This document shows positions 27,240-36,196 of a stretch of DNA of 58,851 bases, piece after piece. Each line of letters starts with the position of its first letter. The first letter of the stretch is position 1. The stretch is taken from assembly GCA_051744245.1 (NCBI GenBank), contig JBNJCV010000002.1:1-58851 (forward strand). The letters run 5' to 3'. This stretch comes from Actinomycetota bacterium (GTDB taxonomy: Bacteria > Actinomycetota > Humimicrobiia > Humimicrobiales > Humimicrobiaceae). The translations under genes and the position numbers were made by a program. Below the pieces are notes generated by a model. It saw only the letters and a list, made by a program, of their open reading frames with translations, did not search any database and had not been told where the DNA came from.

Positions 27240-27736
27240 ATATCATAAGCTACAAATAATGGAAATTTATCCAATTCAATCCTATAGATGGCTTCTGCCT
27301 CAAGGTCGCTGTAGGCTATCTTTTTAATTTCTTTTACTTTAGTTGAAAGGTAGGCTGCTATCCCCCCGATAGCTACTAGATACACTGCCTTGTATTTCTC
27401 CAGAAGTTTTCTGAATTTTTTAGTCCTGGCGCCTTTTCCTATGGTGGCCTTAACCCCTTTTTTTAGTAATGGTTCAGTTAAGTTGTCCATCCTTATGCTG
27501 GTAGTGGGTCCGAGTGACCCGCTATTTTTGCCTGGCGGGGTGGGAGCCGGCCCCACATAAAAAATAGTACTTCCCCTTAGGTCTATTGGCAATTCTTTGT
27601 TATTGTTTATTGCAGACACTAGTCTCTGGTGGGCCATATCCCTTGCACCGTAAACTGTCCCGCTTAAAAGCACAATGTCTCCTGCTCTTAGCTCCTTTAT
27701 TTTTTCTTCCGTTAGTGGCAGGTTAATAGTCATCAT
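27197..27736 (-). CDS. class I fumarate hydratase / tartrate dehydratase, beta (C-terminal-domain) subunit
   Basis: 179 aa with GTVYGARDMAHQRL, GPTTSIRMD and IGKG motifs. Convergent with the alpha-subunit gene, with a 43-nt 3' overlap. Confidence 0.8.
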   Translation of the reverse strand: MMTINLPLTEEKIKELRAGDIVLLSGTVYGARDMAHQRLVSAINNNKELPIDLRGSTIFYVGPAPTPPGKNSGSLGPTTSIRMDNLTEPLLKKGVKATIGKGARTKKFRKLLEKYKAVYLVAIGGIAAYLSTKVKEIKKIAYSDLEAEAIYRIELDKFPLFVAYDIYGGDIFEHARLKE

Positions 27737-28568
27737 TTATCTTGTCCTGTTTGAAATAGTTGTCATAAGTATGTATAGATTTTCTTTTAGATTTTATCCT
27801 CCTGCTTCTCCTGGAGCTAAATATGAGGGCAAATACTATAAATAGCACAAAAAGCCCTATAATGCCTAATATGACTACCAGGAAGTAGGAAAGGAATTTT
27901 GTTTTTTTACCTTCAATATTTATAATTTTTTGCTGACCGTATTTTATGTTCCATATGGCGATATTGTTGTCTCCAATTTTGTCTGCATTGGAATCAACAA
28001 TGTTTACCGGAAACTTTATCTGGTAAGTGATGCTCAGCAAGTTGGGGTCTGCAGACATAAGGTCATCAAATCTCCTGTAATCTGAATTCATCTCAGAGGT
28101 CTGGATTAGCTTATCGTCTAGCTTCATGTCAATATAGTCAGTAAAAAAGTAGTCACTGTTAAAAAAGTACTCGTCCTTTTCCATTTTTGCATAGAATCTT
28201 TCAGGAGGATTTTCAGAAAAATTATCAATTGATACATGCTTTAAAAAATTTACGTCGTTGAATTTAACTGTAGATTTAAAATGAGTGTAATTTTCTTCTT
28301 CAAAAGTTTCTATCTCCCCTTCGGGGAGAAGGGAAATCAGCCTTTGGTGAAGTGTCTGGCTGTCTACCAACACCACTTCACCTCTTTGGAGGTATTCGGT
28401 TTTTATGGCCAGCTCTACGGTTCTTGTTCCAGAATAGTCTGTGTTTAATTGAGTGTAAATATCAATTAAAGTTTGGTCGCAGCCAGAAATAAATAAAAGA
28501 AGTAAACTTAAAATGGCCAGAATTATTTTAAGGATTATGGCTTTCTTCATTTGAAATAATTTTATCAT
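27723..28568 (-). CDS. hypothetical lipoprotein-signal protein with a C-terminal TM anchor
   Basis: 281 aa. N-terminal signal with lipobox LFISGC. An acidic/aromatic-rich ectodomain. C-terminal TM helix (FLSYFLVVILGIIGLFVLFIVFALIF) followed by a basic tail. I recognise no family. Confidence 0.5.
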   Translation of the reverse strand: MIKLFQMKKAIILKIILAILSLLLLFISGCDQTLIDIYTQLNTDYSGTRTVELAIKTEYLQRGEVVLVDSQTLHQRLISLLPEGEIETFEEENYTHFKSTVKFNDVNFLKHVSIDNFSENPPERFYAKMEKDEYFFNSDYFFTDYIDMKLDDKLIQTSEMNSDYRRFDDLMSADPNLLSITYQIKFPVNIVDSNADKIGDNNIAIWNIKYGQQKIINIEGKKTKFLSYFLVVILGIIGLFVLFIVFALIFSSRRSRRIKSKRKSIHTYDNYFKQDKINDDY

Positions 28569-28602
28569 ATTAAATATGTATATGATAGAAAAAAGTTGGC
28601 CT

Positions 28603-29385
28603 TTAGATTCCTAAAAATTTTTCAATTGCTTCTGCTAGGCCGTCGTTTTCATTGTCTGAAACGGTGTAATCTGAGGCCATTTTTATTTCTTCTGAAGCAT
28701 TGCCCATGGCTACCCCAATCCTGGCTAATTTAATCATTCCCAGGTCATTCTCCCCGTCACCTACAGCCATGAATTCATCGGTGGTTATGCCCAATTTTTT
28801 TATTACTTTTTTTATGGCATAGGTTTTCCCGGCATTCTTATTTATAAAATTTGTAAAATTGGGGCCTGCATTCCTTATCTTTATATCATCCCCAAGGTTA
28901 AATCCTTTGCAGTCAACATACTTGCTGTCTTCAGTTATAATTGTGCATAGGAGTACTTTGCCTAAGATGTCTTCAGAAAGCAGATCTGCTACCTTTAAGC
29001 TATTTTCTTTTTCCAGTTCATTTTCCAGTCCGAGGTAGTCTTTTTCAAATAACATGTAACCATCCAGGGTGGCTACAACTAGTTGTTCTTTTAGCTTTCT
29101 GGAAAGCTCTACGATTTTTCTGTAACTACCCTTTTTAAGGGTCAGGTGTTCCACCCTATTCAGGTTTTCGTCAACTATCAATGTACCGTTGGAAAGAACA
29201 TGGTAGTTTTTTAATCCCAGTTCGCCTATTATTTTTTTTGCAGAAAAAATGCCCCTGCCGGTAGAAAGCATAACTTTTATTCCTTTATCCAGGCATTTTT
29301 TTATGGCCCTCTTGTTTTTACGGCTAATTTTATCATCCCTATTATACAGGGTGCCATCTACATCTGTTGCCAGTAATTTAATCAC
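28603..29385 (-). CDS. Cof-type HAD-IIB phosphatase
   Basis: 260 aa with DVDGTL, LSTGR and GDGENDLGM motifs. Confidence 0.85.
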   Translation of the reverse strand: MIKLLATDVDGTLYNRDDKISRKNKRAIKKCLDKGIKVMLSTGRGIFSAKKIIGELGLKNYHVLSNGTLIVDENLNRVEHLTLKKGSYRKIVELSRKLKEQLVVATLDGYMLFEKDYLGLENELEKENSLKVADLLSEDILGKVLLCTIITEDSKYVDCKGFNLGDDIKIRNAGPNFTNFINKNAGKTYAIKKVIKKLGITTDEFMAVGDGENDLGMIKLARIGVAMGNASEEIKMASDYTVSDNENDGLAEAIEKFLGI

Positions 29386-29449
29386 TTTATCCCCTTAAGA
29401 AATTGGCTAACTTTTTAATTGCATAGCTTATATTATTAAAAAATAAAGT

Positions 29450-29690
29450 CAAATATTAAAGTAGTTAAATAGGACTAGTTGTAGTAGTTGGCTTCCTTTG
29501 AAAGTTTTAAAATGCTTGTCGGAACTGGCTATATAGTTTATTTCATAGTAGAGCATAGTTAAAAAAATGGATGCAGTCCCTTGAGGTTATACCTTTATTA
29601 TGGTTTCTTTCCAATATTAATCTTGCAGATTCTGTTATTTTATAATTTATGGAAAAGACTTCAACCATTCCGTAAAAACCTCAACTTACC
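29450..29690 (-). pseudogene. PIN-domain (VapC-like) toxin remnant, N-terminally truncated and frameshifted
   Basis: My own translation of the minus strand gives ...TESARLILERNHNKGITSRDCIHFFNYALL* in one frame. A shifted frame continues MLYYEINYIASSDKHFKTFKG.... These match the PIN-domain 'S.rDa.H.a.A' and '.i.s.DkdF..i.g' regions. No intact ORF of 60 aa or more. Directly downstream of the RHH remnant. Confidence 0.35.
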
Positions 29691-29691
29691 C

Positions 29692-29933
29692 CTAATCAAG
29701 CACCCCTTCTATTATCTCCTCTTCCAGGTCTTCATATTTTTGGGGAACTTCACATTCCAGCTCTAGCAGTTTTTCCATTGCCTTGTTCTTATCCTGCTTA
29801 GTTTTAATCCCGTAATAATTACTAACAGCTTCTCTTACCATTTCTCCAATGGAGACATTATTTAGTTTTGATTTTTGTTTAATATTTCGTAGACATCTTT
29901 TTCTAAAAGCAAGGTTATTTTCCTTAAAGCCAT
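29692..29933 (-). pseudogene. ribbon-helix-helix (CopG/VapB-like) antitoxin gene with a frameshift in an A-run
   Basis: The minus-strand ATG at 29933 gives MALRKITLLLEKDVYEILNKNQN*. Shifting one base within AAACAAAAATCAAAAC continues ...KSKLNNVSIGEMVREAVSNYYGIKTKQDKNKAMEKLLELECEVPQKYEDLEEEIIEGVLD*, stopping at 29692. Together these form a typical RHH antitoxin. Confidence 0.5.
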
Positions 29934-30149
29934 TTAAATCACCTGTTATATATATTGGACCATATATATAATATAATTTTTTTATTAATAGCCAAAATTA
30001 GGAAGGGAAGCCCTGTCAAAAACTTAAGGTTTTTATCCTTAATTAATGCAACTGTTAAAGCAAATTTGTTATAATACCCCTAAATAGTTAAGGAAAAATA
30101 ATGTACTGGTGGTACTGTTTTTTTTAAGGTTATCTGCTTTTTGGGTATA

Positions 30150-30178
30150 TTGACGTATGCAACCAATATTGTTAGCAT
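30150..30178 (+). promoter_or_regulatory. candidate sigma70-type promoter for the 1421-aa gene
   Basis: TTGACG (30150-30155), 17-nt spacer, TAGCAT (30173-30178), about 35 nt upstream of the ATG at 30214. Consensus match only. Confidence 0.3.
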
Positions 30179-30213
30179 AACATAATCATTTTATATTAAC
30201 TCATGAGGAAAAG

Positions 30214-33200
30214 ATGAAATTATATATTGGCTATGACATAGGATCGATAAGCCTAAATAGGGCAATAGTTAGCCAGGATAAAGAAATTGTAGATATCCTT
30301 CCTTATACCAGGCATCACGGCGAGCCTTTGAAGGCATTAATCAGGGACTTGAAGGAAATAGCCAAAAAATATGGTGGTCAGGATTTAGGTGGAGTTTCTT
30401 TTACTGGAATAAGCGCGAAAAACATTGCAGGGGCAGCGGGTTGCCCGTTTATAAATGAGATAGAGGCACTGATGAATTCAGCCCGGAGTTTCTATCCCCA
30501 AGCTTCAACTGTAGTTGAGATAGGGGGCCAGGATTCCAAATTCATAGACCTGGCAATCGGGGATTATGCAATGAATGAGCTGTGTGCGGCTGGGACCGGG
30601 TCCTTTCTAGACCAGCAGGCTACCAGATTCGGGTTGGGCATAGAAGAGTTTGCTGACTTGGCTTTAAAATCAAAAAGCCCGGAAGCCATAGCAGGAAGGT
30701 GCAGCGTATTTGCCAAAACGGACATGATACACCTGCAGCAGGAAGCTGCCAAGGATGAGGATATAATATTGGGGCTGTGCTATGCCATGGCCAGAAGCTT
30801 TAAATCAGGTATTGTAAAGGGCAAGAAGTTTAACCCCCCCATTATATTCTGTGGCGGGGTTTCATATAACCGGGCCATGGTAAAGGCTTTTTCCGATATT
30901 TTAAGGGAAGAATTAATAATACCGGAACATAATGCATCTATGGGGGCTATGGGAGCGGCTATCAGTATTGCGGGAAAAAAGCAGGCAACTGACATAGGTA
31001 AAATAATAGATTCTATTGAAAACTATATTTCCAGCTTCAAATATGAAAGGGAAACTTTTAAGCCTCTGGTTTTAGAAAAATCTGTTCTCCCAGAACAGGG
31101 TGGGAATGGTTATGAATTCGCAGATAAGAAAATAGATGCTTATATAGGAATAGATGTGGGTTCAATTAGCACTAATGTTGTGGCCATAGACAAGGATAAA
31201 AAACTTATTGCCAAATGTTACCTGAGGACTTCCGGCAGGCCCATAGAGGCTGTAAGGAAGGGAATCAAGATAATAGGCGGCAAGGTGGGATCCAGAATCA
31301 ATGTAAAGGGAGTAGGCACAACAGGTTCTGGGAGATACCTTATAGGGGACTTTGTGGGGGCTGATGGCGTAATTAATGAAATAACTGCACAGGCCACTGC
31401 AGCGGCTGCAATTGACAAGTCGGTAGACACTATTTTTGAGATAGGGGGCCAGGATTCCAAATTCATATCTTTAGAAGATGGAGTAGTGGTTGATTTTGAA
31501 ATGAATAAAGTATGTGCTGCCGGCACAGGATCTTTTCTGGAAGAGCAAGCCGAAAGGTTTGACCTGGAGATTGAGGACTTTGCTGACATTGCACTGAAGG
31601 CCAAAAACCCTCTGGACCTTGGTGAGAGGTGTACTGTTTTTATGGAGACCAATGTTTATTCACATTACCAGAAGGGGGCCAAGGTTGATAATATTTTGGC
31701 TGGTCTCTCCTATTCTATAGTAATGAACTATATAAACAGGGTAGTGGGAAGAAAAAAGATTGGTAAGAAAATATTTTTCCAGGGGGCGGTAGCTTTTAAC
31801 CATTCAGTGGTAGCAGCTTTTGAAAACTACCTGGGCAAGGAAATAATAGTTCCTCCTGACCACGAAGTAACCGGTGCTATAGGTACTGCAATTGTGGCCC
31901 TGGAAAAGGTTAAGGACAATACTAAATTCAGGGGATTTGAGCAAATCGCAAAAGCGGGCTATTCCCAAAAATCTTTTGAATGTAAGGGATGCGCCAACCG
32001 GTGTGACATAAAAAGGGTCTCAATTGAAGGAGAGGCTCCTTTGTATTATGGGGGAAGGTGTGAAAAATATGAAAAATCTGAGGCAAAGAAAAGCAGCCTT
32101 CCTGATTACTTCGAAGAAAGGGAAAAAATACTTCTGGGTTCATCCAAACTTAAGGGAAATCCGGGGGCTAAAAAGGTGGGCATACCTTTTACCATGTTAA
32201 CCTATGAATTTTACCCTTTCTGGAGCACATTTTTTGACCGCCTTGGTTTTGAGGTGGTTCTATCAGACAAGACCAACAAGAAAATTACCCAGGAAGGTTT
32301 GCAGTCTGTAATTGCGGAAACCTGTTTTCCCATGAAGGCAATGCTGGGGCATGTCCATAATCTAATGGAAAAAGGTGTTGACTACCTGTTTCTGCCCACT
32401 ATTAGGGATATGCCAGGAAAGGAACATGCAATTAAGGGAGACAGGACTGGAAGCTACCCCTGTCCCTTTGTGCAGGGAATGCCCTGCATAGTTAGGGCTG
32501 CTGTAGACCTGGAAGGGGTTGAAGTATTAGACCCGATAATTAATTTTAGCTATGAAGGATATGTAAAAGAAAAGCAGCTAAAAAACCTGGGCAAAGACCT
32601 GGGGGCTGGAACCCGGAGCATAAAAGAAGCCGTAAGCAGTGCTTACCAGGCTCAGCATAATTTTTATAGCCTGTTAAAGGAAAAGGGAGCAGAAGTACTT
32701 GACGGCTTGGGGAAAGACGAGTCAGCAATTGTAGTGGTTTCAAGATCCTATAATAGCTGTGATAGAAGCATAAGCATGGATATACCCAAGAAGCTGAGGG
32801 AGACCGGGATGAAAGTTATTCCCCTGGATTTTTTGCCCTTGGATTCGGTGGATATTTCCAAAGAGTGGCCTAACCTTTATTGGGAGTTTGGTGACAGGAT
32901 TATTAGTGGGGCTAAAATAATAAAGGGGGACAAAAGGCTTTACGGGGCTTATTTGACCAATTTTGGGTGTGGCCCGGATTCATTTATTCTTCAGTATTTT
33001 GAGAGGGAAATGAATAAGCCATTTTTAAAGATAGAAATAGATGAGCATACAGGCGGGGCAGGAGTGGTTACAAGATGTGAGGCTTTTGTAGATTCCTTGC
33101 GGAATATAAGGGGGAGGAAGGATTTTAAGCCCACCACGGTTAAAAGTGCGCATCCGGTGTTTAAGAAAGAGCAGAAAAGGACCATATATATTCCCTATAT

Positions 33201-34479
33201 GAGTGACAGCCCTTATGCAATTAGAGCTGCATTCAGGAATGAAGGAATAAGTGCCGAGGTAATGGAGTCAGATGATGAGACTCTGGAGCTTGGCAGGAGG
33301 TACACTCTGGGAAAAGAATGCTACCCTTTTATTATAACTACCGGGGATATTTTAAAAACTTTAAAATATAATGATCCCAAGACCTGTGCATTCCTTATGC
33401 CCCTAACTTATGGGCCTTGCAGGTTTGGACAGTATAACAAACTACAAAACATTATAATCGGGGAACTGGGCCATGACCATGTTCCCATAATTTCACCCGG
33501 CGCTCCAGAAAGTGGGAACTTCTATAAAGAGTATGACATGGATGGAAGAAGGGGCTTTAAGCTGCTTTTAAGGACCTTGCAGGGTGTATTTACAATGGAT
33601 AATATCTATAAGATGCTGAGACATACCAAGGCTTATGAAATAAAGAAAGGTTCTGCAGAAAAGGCATACAAAGAGTATATTGCCAGGGTGTTAAAATTGG
33701 TAGAAGAAGAGGAATATGGAAGCCTGTTTAAAAAGCTTCTGCAAACCTTAAAGGAGGCAAGAAAAGATTTTGAGGGTATAGAAGTAAACAGGGCCCAGAG
33801 GAAGCCTCTTATTGGAATCGTAGGAGAGATTTATGTAAGGAACCATCCTTATAGCAATAATGAAATTGTTAAGAGCGTGGAAAGGCTGGGAGGAGAAGTT
33901 GAGATACCCAATATTTCTGAATGGTTTAGCCACACTACTGCCACCAGCAAGCTGGATAACTATGTGAAGAAAAATGACCTGTTGTTTAAGATGCTAAACT
34001 CGTTTAGCTTTAATGGTAACAGGTATAAGGGAAGTGATAGCTTGGGAGGTTTAGCTACAGATTATTTAAGGTCTGTAAGGTTCTTTATTTCAAACAGGAT
34101 AAACTACAGGATAATAAACGGTTATTTAAAAAAACTTGACGCTCCCCTACAGGGATTTATAAGAGAAGAGGACTATGATATTTATAATACCTGGGATAAT
34201 GCTTCCCCTTATATCATAAAATGGTTTGGGGAAGCGGCATTGAGTGTAGGGAAATCTGTTACCTGGATTGAAGAGGGGTGCGATGGCATTATAAATGTGA
34301 TGCCTTTTACCTGCATGCCCGGCACCATTGTTACCGCAACTTCCAAAAGGATAAGGGAAAAATACAAGGTTCCATGGCTGAACCTAGCTTTTGATGGGCT
34401 GGAGCAGGGTACAACTGAAACCCGGCTGGAAGCATTCATGTACCAGGCTAAGTTGTATATGGAAAATAAGGAGAAATAA
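30214..34479 (+). CDS. fused 2x BcrAD/BadFG-type ATPase plus BCR/HAD-family (DUF2229/Hgd-like) protein; PlsA-PlsR/Ger-like candidate ester-to-ether lipid reductase
   Basis: 1421 aa. Two actin-fold activase modules: (i) YIGYDIGSISLN, EIGGQDSKFI, CAAGTGSFLDQQA, RCSVFAKTD; (ii) YIGIDVGSISTN, EIGGQDSKFI, CAAGTGSFLEEQA, RCTVFMET. A Cys cluster follows (CKGCANRCD...GGRCEKYE). The long C-terminal region has conserved Cys/acidic patches (ETCFPMK, YPCPFVQG, NFGCGPDSF, CYPFIITTGD, GPCRFGQY, PFTCMPG). Confidence 0.8.
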   Translation: MKLYIGYDIGSISLNRAIVSQDKEIVDILPYTRHHGEPLKALIRDLKEIAKKYGGQDLGGVSFTGISAKNIAGAAGCPFINEIEALMNSARSFYPQASTVVEIGGQDSKFIDLAIGDYAMNELCAAGTGSFLDQQATRFGLGIEEFADLALKSKSPEAIAGRCSVFAKTDMIHLQQEAAKDEDIILGLCYAMARSFKSGIVKGKKFNPPIIFCGGVSYNRAMVKAFSDILREELIIPEHNASMGAMGAAISIAGKKQATDIGKIIDSIENYISSFKYERETFKPLVLEKSVLPEQGGNGYEFADKKIDAYIGIDVGSISTNVVAIDKDKKLIAKCYLRTSGRPIEAVRKGIKIIGGKVGSRINVKGVGTTGSGRYLIGDFVGADGVINEITAQATAAAAIDKSVDTIFEIGGQDSKFISLEDGVVVDFEMNKVCAAGTGSFLEEQAERFDLEIEDFADIALKAKNPLDLGERCTVFMETNVYSHYQKGAKVDNILAGLSYSIVMNYINRVVGRKKIGKKIFFQGAVAFNHSVVAAFENYLGKEIIVPPDHEVTGAIGTAIVALEKVKDNTKFRGFEQIAKAGYSQKSFECKGCANRCDIKRVSIEGEAPLYYGGRCEKYEKSEAKKSSLPDYFEEREKILLGSSKLKGNPGAKKVGIPFTMLTYEFYPFWSTFFDRLGFEVVLSDKTNKKITQEGLQSVIAETCFPMKAMLGHVHNLMEKGVDYLFLPTIRDMPGKEHAIKGDRTGSYPCPFVQGMPCIVRAAVDLEGVEVLDPIINFSYEGYVKEKQLKNLGKDLGAGTRSIKEAVSSAYQAQHNFYSLLKEKGAEVLDGLGKDESAIVVVSRSYNSCDRSISMDIPKKLRETGMKVIPLDFLPLDSVDISKEWPNLYWEFGDRIISGAKIIKGDKRLYGAYLTNFGCGPDSFILQYFEREMNKPFLKIEIDEHTGGAGVVTRCEAFVDSLRNIRGRKDFKPTTVKSAHPVFKKEQKRTIYIPYMSDSPYAIRAAFRNEGISAEVMESDDETLELGRRYTLGKECYPFIITTGDILKTLKYNDPKTCAFLMPLTYGPCRFGQYNKLQNIIIGELGHDHVPIISPGAPESGNFYKEYDMDGRRGFKLLLRTLQGVFTMDNIYKMLRHTKAYEIKKGSAEKAYKEYIARVLKLVEEEEYGSLFKKLLQTLKEARKDFEGIEVNRAQRKPLIGIVGEIYVRNHPYSNNEIVKSVERLGGEVEIPNISEWFSHTTATSKLDNYVKKNDLLFKMLNSFSFNGNRYKGSDSLGGLATDYLRSVRFFISNRINYRIINGYLKKLDAPLQGFIREEDYDIYNTWDNASPYIIKWFGEAALSVGKSVTWIEEGCDGIINVMPFTCMPGTIVTATSKRIREKYKVPWLNLAFDGLEQGTTETRLEAFMYQAKLYMENKEK

Positions 34480-34541
34480 GGTTGCCCTTTTAGTGTTTTT
34501 CCCATGGTAGAATAATGTAAATATAATCTTTATATTTTAAA

Positions 34542-35165
34542 GTGAAGGGTCTATTTATAACATTTGAAGGACTTGATGGTTCGGGTAAAACAACCCAGAT
34601 AAAGCTATTGTGCAGCTATCTTAAGGGAAAAGGCCATGATGTTATTTCCACTATTGAGCCGGGGGGAACTGAGGTTGGGCAAAAGATAAGAAAGATACTG
34701 CTAAATACTGAAGGTTTGAATATTACTCCTAAAGCCGAAACTTTCTTGTTTCTGGCTTCCAGGGCTGAGCTAGTTTCCAAAGTTATCAATCCTGCCATGG
34801 ATGAGGGGAAAATTATAATTTGTGACCGGTTTTTTGATTCTACTATTGTGTATCAGGGGATAGCAAGAAATCTTGGAAAAAAGAAGATACTGGATATGAG
34901 CTTATGGGCAACTGGCAGCTTAGTTCCGGATATTACTTTCCTGCTTTCAGTCAGGGCAGATGAGGGGGAGATAAGGAAAAAAGGCATGGAGGCAGACAGG
35001 ATGGAAAAAGAGGAATCTGAATTTAAGAAAAAAGTTTATGAAGGTTACCTGGAACTGGCAAGGGATTTTCCTGAAAGGTTTGTGGTAATAGACGGGGAAA
35101 AAGATATAGAAAGCATATTTGGGATAATAAAAGATAGGGTAGAAAAAGAGTTAAAGGACAGATGA
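34542..35165 (+). CDS. tmk: thymidylate kinase
   Basis: 207 aa with FITFEGLDGSGKTTQ and DRF..S..VYQG motifs. GTG start. Confidence 0.9.
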   Translation: MKGLFITFEGLDGSGKTTQIKLLCSYLKGKGHDVISTIEPGGTEVGQKIRKILLNTEGLNITPKAETFLFLASRAELVSKVINPAMDEGKIIICDRFFDSTIVYQGIARNLGKKKILDMSLWATGSLVPDITFLLSVRADEGEIRKKGMEADRMEKEESEFKKKVYEGYLELARDFPERFVVIDGEKDIESIFGIIKDRVEKELKDR

Positions 35166-36196
35166 GCACATTAGACAATCTGGATTTTTTAAAAGATGAT
35201 AAGAAAAATTATTCGCAGCTAAAGCTTCTAAAGGAAAACATAAAAAGTGGAAACCTGTCCCACGCATTCCTCTTTTCGGGCAGCAGCCATGGCTACTTGT
35301 TCAGCCTTGCTTTAAATTTTGCTGCTGCTGTCAATTGCCAAAATGGAGGGTGTGGCGAGTGCACGGTTTGCAAAAATACCCTCAAGGGCATTTACTCCAA
35401 CTTGTTTATTGCAGAAGCAGAGGGAAATATACTGACTGTAGATAAAATAAAACAAATACAGAATTTTTCTTCACTTTCTTCCTACCAGAAGGGAAAGAAA
35501 ATAATAATTGTAAAAGAGGCTGAAACCATGAATGAAGAAGCCTCAAATAAGCTGTTAAAAACCCTGGAAGACCCCCCTGATGAGGATTGCCTTTTTGTGC
35601 TGCTAACCGGGGATAAGGCAAAACTTCTTTCCACCATAATTTCAAGGTGCAGTGGGTACAGTTGGAATTTTATAGAAGATGAATCTGTAAGACAAATAGA
35701 CTTCAGGCCATTGGAAGAAGCTCTGGGAGGAGGTTTGGGGGAAATGCTTTTGGGAAATAAGGCGGCCCCGCTGGATGTTACGGTTAAGGTAAATGAATTT
35801 ATATCCAGGCTTGAAAAGGAGTTAAAGCATGAAATGGCTGAAGAGTTAAAAAGGGTAAAAAAAAGCGGAGAATCAGATAGCTATATTAAGATTATTGAAG
35901 CCAGGCAAAAAAGAAATATAAGCAGGCTAAAAAAGAAAGTAATACAAAGGGCATTTAATTATCTTTCCAACTGGTTAGAAGATATAGTATCTATTAGCTG
36001 CGGGGCTAGCAAGAGTGCTTTAAATAATGAGGAAAATTACACTTTCTTTAAAAAAAATGTAAATGATCCCGATATATTAAAAATTTTTAAAATGCTAGAA
36101 TTAATCGAAAAAAACAGGCGGTACCTGGATAGCTCTATAAATTACGAGCTGGCACTGGATAATATTCTATTAAAATTAAAAAATGTTTTGATGTAA
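35162..36196 (+). CDS. holB: DNA polymerase III delta' subunit
   Basis: 344 aa with HAFLFSG, zinc module CQNGGCGECTVCKN, KLLKTLEDPP and SRC sensor. 4-nt overlap with tmk, which is the conserved tmk-holB order. Confidence 0.85.
   Translation: MSTLDNLDFLKDDKKNYSQLKLLKENIKSGNLSHAFLFSGSSHGYLFSLALNFAAAVNCQNGGCGECTVCKNTLKGIYSNLFIAEAEGNILTVDKIKQIQNFSSLSSYQKGKKIIIVKEAETMNEEASNKLLKTLEDPPDEDCLFVLLTGDKAKLLSTIISRCSGYSWNFIEDESVRQIDFRPLEEALGGGLGEMLLGNKAAPLDVTVKVNEFISRLEKELKHEMAEELKRVKKSGESDSYIKIIEARQKRNISRLKKKVIQRAFNYLSNWLEDIVSISCGASKSALNNEENYTFFKKNVNDPDILKIFKMLELIEKNRRYLDSSINYELALDNILLKLKNVLM

Noticed and set aside
29581-29766. 61-aa + strand ORF in the 29.4-30.2 kb gap.
   Set aside because: It has a TTG start, no RBS and an implausible Leu/Phe-rich sequence. 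The region is better explained by the minus-strand RHH/PIN remnants that it overlaps.
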